DNA of 64,000 bases from Actinomycetes bacterium (GTDB lineage: Bacteria; Actinomycetota; Acidimicrobiia; Acidimicrobiales; Ilumatobacteraceae). Below, in pieces: positions 10,765 through 18,616 of this stretch. The notes beneath the pieces are model-generated. The model saw only the letters and a program-made list of their open reading frames with translations, did no database searches and was not told the DNA's origin. Where the stretch lies: the NCBI GenBank assembly GCA_037147055.1, contig JBAWVW010000002.1, positions 4,323 through 68,322 of the forward strand, in the 5' to 3' direction. Made by a program: the position numbers and the translations under genes. How positions within the stretch are numbered: position 1 is the first letter of the stretch; the number at the start of each line of letters is the position of its first letter.

Positions 10765-11927
10765 TGAACTTGCCATTTCTCAACAGACAACCCAACTCAG
10801 GACTTGGCAATATTCGATCGGGACCAAGTGATCCCCAACGCAATATTGACTGGGTGATTTTGGGCTCGGTCATAGCACTCGGTGTTATCGGTGCCTTTGC
10901 GATTTATAGCGCGACATTTTGGAAGGTCGATAGTGACCCGTACTTCTTTGCCGGCCGCCAGGTTGAGTTTCTTATTGTGGCCGTCGCCGCCGCCGCTGCG
11001 GTGATGTCAATTGATTATCAAATGTTACGTGAGCGGGCATATTTTCTTTATGGATTATCACTAGTTGCCCTGGTTCTGGTTCTGTCAGTCGGTGCGCTCA
11101 AAGGTGGAGCGAGGCTGTCATTCGACCTCGGACCAATCGCTTTTCAGCCAGCTGAGTTTGCTAAGCCGGCGGTGCTGGTGGCACTTGCAGGGTTCTATAG
11201 CGACTCGCGGGAAGATTCGATGAGTTACTCAAAATTCATTAGTGGACTTGTACTCCTCGGCGCTCCAACGGTTTTGATTATTCTTCAACCTGACTTGGGA
11301 TCGGCTTTCGTTTTGATTATCGGAGCTTTGAGTATCTTGATTATGGCTGGAGCGCGTTTGCGTTATTTGCTATTGATCAGCTTTTTGACTGTGACGACCG
11401 TGGCAGCGGCAGTCTTGGCGGGAATCGTTGACCGCTATCAGTTAAGGCGAATTACAGCGTTCCTCAATCAAAACTCCACGGATGAGGATTTGGCGCGCTA
11501 CGTCTTTCAGGTGCGCTACGCCAAAAGGGCCGTGGCCACTGGAGGCTGGTTTGGCAAGGGGTATCTCCAAGCTCCGCTGACCAACGGAAAGTTCATTCCG
11601 GTACAGCAGAGTGATTTTATTTTTTCAGCCATCGGAGAACAATTTGGCATGCTGGGCGGGGGAGTCGTTTTGGGTCTCTTTGGGATGTTGCTGTTTCGAA
11701 TTTGGCGAGTCGCACACCTAAGTAAAGATCTTTTCGGGGCGTATATCTGTGCGGGAATCTTCGGTGTTGTGCTGTGGCACGTGTTTCAGAACATTGGAAT
11801 GACGATGGGGATCATGCCAGTGACAGGGGTGCCGTTGCCCTTTGTCAGTTATGGAGGGTCGTCACTTGTGGCGTTCGCAATGATGATTGGACTTGTGGAG
11901 AGTATCCATATGCGCCGAATGCGCTAA
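10764..11927 (+). CDS. rodA: SEDS peptidoglycan glycosyltransferase RodA
   Basis: ATG 10764 overlaps the mrdA stop (TAATG). Polytopic membrane protein with QPAEFAKP and PFVSYGGSS motifs. Confidence 0.9.
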   Translation: MNLPFLNRQPNSGLGNIRSGPSDPQRNIDWVILGSVIALGVIGAFAIYSATFWKVDSDPYFFAGRQVEFLIVAVAAAAAVMSIDYQMLRERAYFLYGLSLVALVLVLSVGALKGGARLSFDLGPIAFQPAEFAKPAVLVALAGFYSDSREDSMSYSKFISGLVLLGAPTVLIILQPDLGSAFVLIIGALSILIMAGARLRYLLLISFLTVTTVAAAVLAGIVDRYQLRRITAFLNQNSTDEDLARYVFQVRYAKRAVATGGWFGKGYLQAPLTNGKFIPVQQSDFIFSAIGEQFGMLGGGVVLGLFGMLLFRIWRVAHLSKDLFGAYICAGIFGVVLWHVFQNIGMTMGIMPVTGVPLPFVSYGGSSLVAFAMMIGLVESIHMRRMR

Positions 11928-12316
11928 AACTCCTCAGAGTTGGAAGATTGGTACTTATCCACAGGCTTGCGAGTCGAGAAGTACCCCCCTTCGGTTGGGG
12001 CGACGGTACAATTTGGCGTACATGACATCAATCTGGTCGCGGCTTGAACCGTTCCTGGTAAGGGTGCGCCAACTAGTCCGCCGACACGGGCCTCAGATCC
12101 TCACCGAGAATCTGGTTGGGCACACCACTGCCCTCGCTGCTTGTCTAGTCGCGTGGAATATTGACCTGTCTCAGCAAGATGTCTTGAATATTCCAGCGGC
12201 TCGCACCGCAGGGCTATTACCCATTCATTATCGAATTGAGCGAGACACGGAGCGCATTGCTGTGCCCTTGACTCGCATAGCGCGCTCTCATGTGCGCTTG
12301 AGAAAGGAAACCTCCC

Positions 12317-14329
12317 ATGAACGAACCACTATTCCCGGACGACATCCCCGTGTCCGAAGGGGTCTCGCAGTCATCTGATTCGCCAGAACTACAAGAATTA
12401 TCAGACTCCTCTTTGACGTCTGACGGTCCACAGAAAAAGCGTCGTCGCGGATCGCGTGGGGGACGAGGGCGAACACGTTCTGCGGGAACTCCAGAGTCTG
12501 CCGGAGACGGCGATGATCTTGAGGACGCTGAGGATTTCGAAGATGGCGATGATCTTGAGGACGATGGGGATTTCGAAGATGATGATTTGGATGATGACTT
12601 AGACGATGAACCAGTGACCTTGCCTGGCGTCGATATTGATTTTGAGCTTCCAGAGCGTATGAGTGAAGGGCGAGCTGACGCAGATGTGGCCGAGGCGGCC
12701 TTGGTTCAGAGACCAAAAATCGGGGACACTCGCTCAAGTTCTGTGCCAGCAACTCCGCCACTATCAGCGCAGGGGCCGCGTGGCGTGACAATGCCCGGAG
12801 GAACCCGAGCAGGTGGACCCCGACCGGGGGAGCGTCAAGCAAAGGGTCGCAAAGCATCTCCCAAAAATCCATCTGAGGTTGCCGGTGAAACGCATGAGAA
12901 TGTAGATGATGGCGTTGCAGTTGAAGGTTCGGGTGTGGTGTCACCGTCTAAGAAAAAGCGTAAGCGCAACAATAAAGCTCGCGGTGGCGCCGATATTCGT
13001 CAGAACGACCGAACCGATGCTGATGTCATTGAGCGCCGCCGAGGTCGCGAACGCAATGGGCGTCCGATAGGTCGTTACTTCATGGCCGTGCAAGTGCGTG
13101 CCGACATTACTCAGGTGGCGGTCATGGAAGGGCGCAGCCTGATCGAGCATTATGTCAGTCGCCCCGCAGACGATGAATCACAGATTCACGGAAATATTTA
13201 TGTCGGAAAAGTGCAAAATATCTTGCCTGGTATGGAAGCGGCTTTTGTTGATATCGGTACGCAGAAAAACGCGGTTCTATACCGCGGTGATGTGCAATAT
13301 GACGCCGAGGATATTGTGGACAGCGAGCCACGTATTGAGCAGATTCTCAAGGGTAAGCAACTCATCGTGTGTCAGATCACTAAGAACCCAATTGGTCTGA
13401 AGGGGGCACGTCTGACGCAAGAAGTGTCCTTAGCCGGTCGTTTTGTCGTTTTGATTCCTAACTCAAGGACCTACGGCATCTCCAAGCGCTTACCCGATGA
13501 TGTGCGTAAGCGATTGCGCAGCATCCTTGATCGTGTCAAACCAGAACAGCATGGGTTGATTGTGCGAACGGCAGCCGAAGCAGCTACTGAGCATGAACTA
13601 CAAGCCGATATGACACGCCTGTTGGATCAATGGGCAGCGATTGAAGCCAAAGCGGCTAAGGCTGGTGGCCCCACGCTGTTGTATCGCGAACCCCCGCTCG
13701 CTGTGCGAGTGATTCGTGAGGAGTTCAACTCGGATTACCGCGGCGTCATCATCGACGATCATCAACTCTTTGAAGATGTACATTCTTATGTTTCGGCTTT
13801 CAACCCAGAGCTTGCTGATCGCGTGGAATATTTTGATCCAGCCGTCGAGGGATTGCCGATTTTTGAGAAAAACCATGTGCATGAGCAGATCCACAAAGCT
13901 CTTGATCGCAAAGTTTGGTTACCGTCGGGAGGCTCCTTAATTATCGAGCACACGGAAGCCCTGACGGTTATTGACGTCAATACTGGTCGCAACGTAGGCA
14001 CTTCAAATTTGGAGGCCACAGTCTTCGCCAACAACCTTGAGGCAGCCGAGGAAGTCGCCCATCAACTGCGGTTGCGCGACATTGGCGGCATCATCGTGAT
14101 CGACTTCATTGACATGGAAATCAAGGAAAATCGTCGCAAGGTGGTCGATGCCTTCAAGTCCGCTCTGTCTCGGGATAAGACCAGAACTCAGGTTTTTGAC
14201 ATTTCTGAACTCGGTCTAGTGGAAATGACTCGCAAGCGGATCGGCGAGGGATTGCTCACCAATTTCGCTGATCAGTGCCCAAATTGTGAGGGTCGCGGGA
14301 TCCAAGTCAACCACGATTTGCTGAACTAA
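12317..14329 (+). CDS. rne: ribonuclease E/G family endoribonuclease
   Basis: S1 domain GNIYVGKVQNILPGMEAAFVDIG. Core motif IVIDFIDM. Zn-link CPNCEGRG close to the C-terminus. About 250 aa acidic/Arg-rich N-terminal extension. AAAGGA lies upstream of the ATG. Confidence 0.9.
   Translation: MNEPLFPDDIPVSEGVSQSSDSPELQELSDSSLTSDGPQKKRRRGSRGGRGRTRSAGTPESAGDGDDLEDAEDFEDGDDLEDDGDFEDDDLDDDLDDEPVTLPGVDIDFELPERMSEGRADADVAEAALVQRPKIGDTRSSSVPATPPLSAQGPRGVTMPGGTRAGGPRPGERQAKGRKASPKNPSEVAGETHENVDDGVAVEGSGVVSPSKKKRKRNNKARGGADIRQNDRTDADVIERRRGRERNGRPIGRYFMAVQVRADITQVAVMEGRSLIEHYVSRPADDESQIHGNIYVGKVQNILPGMEAAFVDIGTQKNAVLYRGDVQYDAEDIVDSEPRIEQILKGKQLIVCQITKNPIGLKGARLTQEVSLAGRFVVLIPNSRTYGISKRLPDDVRKRLRSILDRVKPEQHGLIVRTAAEAATEHELQADMTRLLDQWAAIEAKAAKAGGPTLLYREPPLAVRVIREEFNSDYRGVIIDDHQLFEDVHSYVSAFNPELADRVEYFDPAVEGLPIFEKNHVHEQIHKALDRKVWLPSGGSLIIEHTEALTVIDVNTGRNVGTSNLEATVFANNLEAAEEVAHQLRLRDIGGIIVIDFIDMEIKENRRKVVDAFKSALSRDKTRTQVFDISELGLVEMTRKRIGEGLLTNFADQCPNCEGRGIQVNHDLLN
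12509..12580 (+). repeat. tandem 36-nt duplication inside the rne N-terminal acidic region
   Basis: ggcgatgatcttgaggacgctgaggatttcgaagat (12509..12544) is followed by the same 36-mer with 2 mismatches (12545..12580). It encodes GDDLEDAEDFED / GDDLEDDGDFED. Confidence 0.9.
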
Positions 14330-14391
14330 TGACGAGTCCTGACGGTGGCGTTGTTATTGAGTCATTATTGCAGGTAGAGTCGCAATTCGCT

Positions 14392-14703
14392 ATGTACGCA
14401 GTGATCGCAACCGGTGGCAAACAGGTCCGAGTGGCCGAGGGCCAGCAAGTGCATGTAGAACTTCTCGGCCTCGAACAGGGTGCCGCAGTGGACTTCACGC
14501 CCGTGCTGGTCGTCGACGGCAGTACCGTTCTCGCCACGCCCACCCAACTCGCCGGATCAAAGGTCTCGGGTCGCATTGTCGGCTCGGCTTCTGGTCCTAA
14601 AATCAATGGCTTTGTCTATAAGCGCCGCACCAATCAGCGTCGCCGCTATGGTCACCGCCAGCACTATCAGGTGGTCGAGATCACCTCAATCGTGAAAGGC
14701 TGA
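14392..14703 (+). CDS. rplU: 50S ribosomal protein L21
   Basis: ATG 14392 gives MYAVIATGGKQVRV. Followed by rpmA. Confidence 0.95.
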   Translation: MYAVIATGGKQVRVAEGQQVHVELLGLEQGAAVDFTPVLVVDGSTVLATPTQLAGSKVSGRIVGSASGPKINGFVYKRRTNQRRRYGHRQHYQVVEITSIVKG

Positions 14704-14706
14704 CAT

Positions 14707-14961
14707 ATGTCAAAAACCAAGGGCGGCGGTTCTACAAGGAACGGTCGTGACTCAAACGCACAGCGCCTCGGCGTGAAGTCTTTTGGCGGAACTTCAATTA
14801 CCGCGGGAACGATTTTGATCCGTCAGCGGGGTACCACTTTCCATGCAGGTAAGAACGTCGGTCGTGGTGGCGATGACACATTATTCGCTTTAGTAGACGG
14901 AACTGTTCAATTCGGTAGCCGCAAGGGCCGTCGCGTGATTGATGTGGTTCCAGCCGAATAG
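14707..14961 (+). CDS. rpmA: 50S ribosomal protein L27
   Basis: [24 protein letters not shown], 84 aa. Confidence 0.96.
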   Translation: MSKTKGGGSTRNGRDSNAQRLGVKSFGGTSITAGTILIRQRGTTFHAGKNVGRGGDDTLFALVDGTVQFGSRKGRRVIDVVPAE

Positions 14962-14984
14962 GCCTTTTCAAACTTGGTATTTTC

Positions 14985-15011
14985 AAACGACCGCCTTCGG
15001 GCGGTCGTTTT
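14985..15011 (+). terminator. intrinsic terminator after rpmA
   Basis: Perfect 11-bp stem AAACGACCGCC / GGCGGTCGTTT with a TTCG loop, running into TTTT. Lies between the convergent rpmA and dgt-like genes. Confidence 0.72.
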
Positions 15012-15026
15012 GTATATCAGGGCATG

Positions 15027-16190
15027 TCAGACGTCAATGCCCTGCGGGAGGCGATCCTCGTTCCATCCAAGGAGCACCGCTCCTTGACGGCACGCGAAAC
15101 GGTCAGTCATGCCAGCAACATATGCCACAGCGGAGTGCTGGGCTTGGGTTGAACCACTTGTGAAACGCAGGTCTTCGGGGAGATGGTCGGGAGAAACGGT
15201 GTAGAACTCCACGAGAGCACGCAAGAGTGCGATGACTTGATCTGCTTGGTGACGACTTTCCGGTCGCAGGTACACCTCTTCGTAATTGAACTTGCGAAAA
15301 GCGGCGAGGGCTTCGGCAATGTCTGGTTCCATGCCGATCCGTCCAGTCTTCATCGCGGCCTGCACCATTGAGGTAATGAAAGTACCGAGTTGCTGCGAAC
15401 GAGTGGTGCCACAACGTGACTTCACCAATGGTGGTAATTGATCTGGGGTAACGATGCCAGCATCAACCGCATCCTCAAAGTCATGACACACATAAGCAAT
15501 GCGATCAGCCCAACTGACGACTTCACCTTCGGGAGTTGCTGGTGCTGGGCGACTCCACGAATGATTGCGAATTCCGTTGAGAGTTTCGGTGCACAAATTG
15601 AGTGGCACGAGGGTGACATCTGCGCCCCACACCGCATGATCGAAGCCACCGTCAATGTAGGGCGCTAAGGCGTCCTCGCTGGCGTGGCCACCAGGTCCAT
15701 GACCGCAATCATGGCCGAGGGCGATGGCTTCAGTCAGCGTGACATTGAGTCCGAGTGGGCGGGCAACCGAGGCAGCCACCTGTGCTACTTCAATGGCATG
15801 TGTGAGACGTGTCCGTTGATGATCATCGGGGAAGACGAATACTTGTGTTTTACCCGCCAATCGGCGAAAGGCTGGGGCATGCAAAATGCGATCGCGATCG
15901 CGTTCAAAACATGTACGAAATGGGTCGGCTTGCTCGGCAATAGCGCGATTGCCCCCACTATGTGAACGTGTCGCCAAGCGACTCAATGATGAGTCCTCAG
16001 CTTCTTCTCGTTCAGAGAGCGATCGATGGTGAGTTGAGCCAGTACCTGCCCATGAGTCGCTATGGGCCAGGGTGACTCCTGAACCGGAGTCCGAGCCAGC
16101 CATCGTGCTGGCCCAGCGTTCAGCCCGTTCTTGCATGTCAGGATCCGTATGGGGGTTGTCATTAGGTGAAGTCGCGGGATCATTGCTCAC
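15027..16190 (-). CDS. dGTP triphosphohydrolase-like HD-domain protein
   Basis: FERDRDRILHAPAFRRLAGKTQVF, RTRLTHAIEVAQV and HDCGHGPGGH motifs. The N-terminal ~90 aa are low-complexity, so the start is uncertain. Confidence 0.85.
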   Translation of the reverse strand: MSNDPATSPNDNPHTDPDMQERAERWASTMAGSDSGSGVTLAHSDSWAGTGSTHHRSLSEREEAEDSSLSRLATRSHSGGNRAIAEQADPFRTCFERDRDRILHAPAFRRLAGKTQVFVFPDDHQRTRLTHAIEVAQVAASVARPLGLNVTLTEAIALGHDCGHGPGGHASEDALAPYIDGGFDHAVWGADVTLVPLNLCTETLNGIRNHSWSRPAPATPEGEVVSWADRIAYVCHDFEDAVDAGIVTPDQLPPLVKSRCGTTRSQQLGTFITSMVQAAMKTGRIGMEPDIAEALAAFRKFNYEEVYLRPESRHQADQVIALLRALVEFYTVSPDHLPEDLRFTSGSTQAQHSAVAYVAGMTDRFACRQGAVLLGWNEDRLPQGIDV

Positions 16191-16260
16191 GCCACAACAA
16201 TACGTCGGGGGTGTGGGTGTCGTCGGAGGTATCGTAGAAGTTCAGTAGTGAGAGGTCGTA

Positions 16261-17511
16261 ATGAGCCAGTTCGTTGATGAATGCCAACTGAATGTGCGCG
16301 CCGGAGACGGCGGAGCAGGCTGCGTCTCCTTTCGACGCGAAGGTCCTGAGGCAATGGGTGGGCCAAACGGCGGCGATGGCGGTCAAGGCGGCGATGTCTG
16401 GCTGATCGCTGACCGCAATGTGGCCTCACTTCTAGCCTTCCGGGACCACCCGCACCGCATTGCTGGCAATGGCGTGCATGGAAAGGGTAAAGACCTCCAC
16501 GGTAAGCGCGGCGATGTTATGGAGGTCAGGGTTCCCGAAGGGACTCTGATTAAGGACATGTATTCAGGGGAAGTTCTCGCCGACCTCACTAATCATGGGG
16601 ATCGTTGGTTGGCCGCTCACGGTGGTCGCGGAGGTCGCGGCAACGCACGCTTCATGGCCAACCGTCGACGCGCTCCAAACTTTGCCGAGCAAGGCGAAAG
16701 TGGCGTTGAACGTTGGTTGAAATTAGAACTCAAGCTCATTGCCGATGTGGCTCTCGTTGGTTTTCCCAACGCTGGAAAGAGCACATTGATCAGCGTCATT
16801 TCTGCAGCAAAACCAAAAATCGCCGCCTATCCGTTTACAACTCTTGAACCGAACTTGGGAGTGGTACGCATTGACAATGTCACCGAATTCATTGTGGCTG
16901 ACATTCCTGGCCTCATTGAAGGCGCCGCAGAGGGGAAGGGACTCGGTCACCGATTCTTGCGCCATGTTGAGCGGGCGCGAGTGCTGTGTATTTTGATTGA
17001 CTTAGCCCCAGTTGATGACACATCCCCTGAGGAGCAGTTAAATATTTTGCTACGCGAGCTTGAATCGTACGATCCGCGCCTGCTTGAACGTCCACGAGTC
17101 ATTGTGGGCACGAAGACTGACTCAGCCACGCTCACGATGGTTGACGAATGGGATGGGATGCTCATTTCGGCTATCACCAATCAAGGTTTGCGCGAATTAG
17201 TTGGACGTCTCGCAAGTTTGGTGCACTCAGCACGAGCCGATTTACCAGTGCTCGAAGGTCGTGTCATCCTGAAGCCCGAGTCTGATGGTTCATGGGTTGA
17301 AAAAATTTCTGGCGGTGGATTTCGCATCCATGGTCGCAAAGCCGAACGAGCAGTGCACCTTAACGATGTCACCACTCCAGAAGCGATGACCTACATCGAA
17401 GAACGACTGAAGAAATTGGGCGTGCCACGCCTCTTATCGCGTGCTGGAGCAGTTGCGGGCGACGTGGTCTGGATCGGTGATTTCTCATTCGACTACGCGC
17501 CGGATATCTGA
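16261..17511 (+). CDS. obgE: GTPase Obg/CgtA
   Basis: FVDECQLNVRAGDGGAGCVSFRRE Obg fold. G1 motif GFPNAGKST. C-terminal OCT-like domain. Confidence 0.95.
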   Translation: MSQFVDECQLNVRAGDGGAGCVSFRREGPEAMGGPNGGDGGQGGDVWLIADRNVASLLAFRDHPHRIAGNGVHGKGKDLHGKRGDVMEVRVPEGTLIKDMYSGEVLADLTNHGDRWLAAHGGRGGRGNARFMANRRRAPNFAEQGESGVERWLKLELKLIADVALVGFPNAGKSTLISVISAAKPKIAAYPFTTLEPNLGVVRIDNVTEFIVADIPGLIEGAAEGKGLGHRFLRHVERARVLCILIDLAPVDDTSPEEQLNILLRELESYDPRLLERPRVIVGTKTDSATLTMVDEWDGMLISAITNQGLRELVGRLASLVHSARADLPVLEGRVILKPESDGSWVEKISGGGFRIHGRKAERAVHLNDVTTPEAMTYIEERLKKLGVPRLLSRAGAVAGDVVWIGDFSFDYAPDI

Positions 17512-17512
17512 T

Positions 17513-18616
17513 ATGCGCGTCGTGGCCAAGATTGGAACATCATCACTCACCGACAAGGTCGGTGTGATTGATCGCGCCATTATTGCGAGTATCTGTCGGC
17601 AAATCGCCCAGTTGCGTCGTGACGGTCACGAAGTGGTGCTCGTCACTTCGGGGGCCGTCTCAGCAGGTGTGTCGGCCCTCGGGTTGGCGCAACGTCCGAC
17701 TGATATGCGCACCCTCCAAGCTCTCGCTGCTGCGGGTCAAAGTCGCTTGATGGAAGTGTATAACGCTGAGTTCGCTAGTCATTCTTTGGTCGCCGCCCAA
17801 GTGTTGTTGGTGCCCCATGATTTCGTCGATCGAACGCAATATTTGCATGCTCGTGACACCCTTGAGCGTCTGCTTGAGTTGGGTTGCATTCCAGTCGTCA
17901 ACGAAAATGATGCCATTGCTCATGACGAGATTCGTTTTGGCGACAACGACCACATATCAGCTCTGCTATCTCATTTACTCAAGGCAGATATGTTGATTTT
18001 GCTCACTGATACTGATGGTCTGTACACCGCAGACCCACGCTCTGATGCGCAAGCCACACTGATCACTGACGTCTTTGAAGGTGACCCATTGATGAGCGTA
18101 GACGCTGGATCTTCTGGCTCAAATCGTGGTAGTGGTGGAATGGCTTCCAAATTGTCAGCAGCCCGTATCGCATCGTGGTCGGGTGTACGTGCGGTCATCG
18201 CTCACGCCAAAATAGAATCGGTCCTGAATAACATCGTTGCTGGCTCAATTGATGGGACTTCCCTTATCGGCACAACCTTTCACGGTTCCGATCGCAATTT
18301 GTCATCGAGACAACTGTGGGTCGCCTTTGCCAGCGAGGTACGCGGTCGCATTGTCGTTGATGCTGGTGCTGCAGTCGCTTTATGTCGCCAAGCAGTTTCG
18401 TTGTTGCCCGCAGGTGTTGTCAGCGCTGAGGGCGATTTTGAAGCAGGAGACACAGTCGCAGTGATCGATCTACAGGGAGAAATTATCGCCCGTGGAAGTT
18501 CATTGATGTCCTTGGAGCAAGTGCGAGTTTCGGCGGGAAGACGAACCGCAGATTTGGATGAGCACTTCCCACAATTAGTGATTCACCGCGATGGATTAGT
18601 CATCTTGGCGAGTTAG
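17513..18616 (+). CDS. proB: glutamate 5-kinase
   Basis: ATG 17513 lies just after the obg stop and gives MRVVAKIGTSSLT. C-terminal PUA-like segment. Confidence 0.93.
   Translation: MRVVAKIGTSSLTDKVGVIDRAIIASICRQIAQLRRDGHEVVLVTSGAVSAGVSALGLAQRPTDMRTLQALAAAGQSRLMEVYNAEFASHSLVAAQVLLVPHDFVDRTQYLHARDTLERLLELGCIPVVNENDAIAHDEIRFGDNDHISALLSHLLKADMLILLTDTDGLYTADPRSDAQATLITDVFEGDPLMSVDAGSSGSNRGSGGMASKLSAARIASWSGVRAVIAHAKIESVLNNIVAGSIDGTSLIGTTFHGSDRNLSSRQLWVAFASEVRGRIVVDAGAAVALCRQAVSLLPAGVVSAEGDFEAGDTVAVIDLQGEIIARGSSLMSLEQVRVSAGRRTADLDEHFPQLVIHRDGLVILAS

Noticed and set aside
11887-12378. 163-aa plus-strand ORF across the rodA end, the spacer and the rne start
   Set aside because: It overlaps both flanking genes, has no RBS, and has an Arg-rich, unstructured-looking product. 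The region is better explained as an rne leader.
12288-12944. 218-aa ORF antisense to the rne 5' region
   Set aside because: It mirrors the low-complexity acidic/Arg-rich coding repeats of rne. The His/Pro/Arg-rich product looks like a frame artefact.
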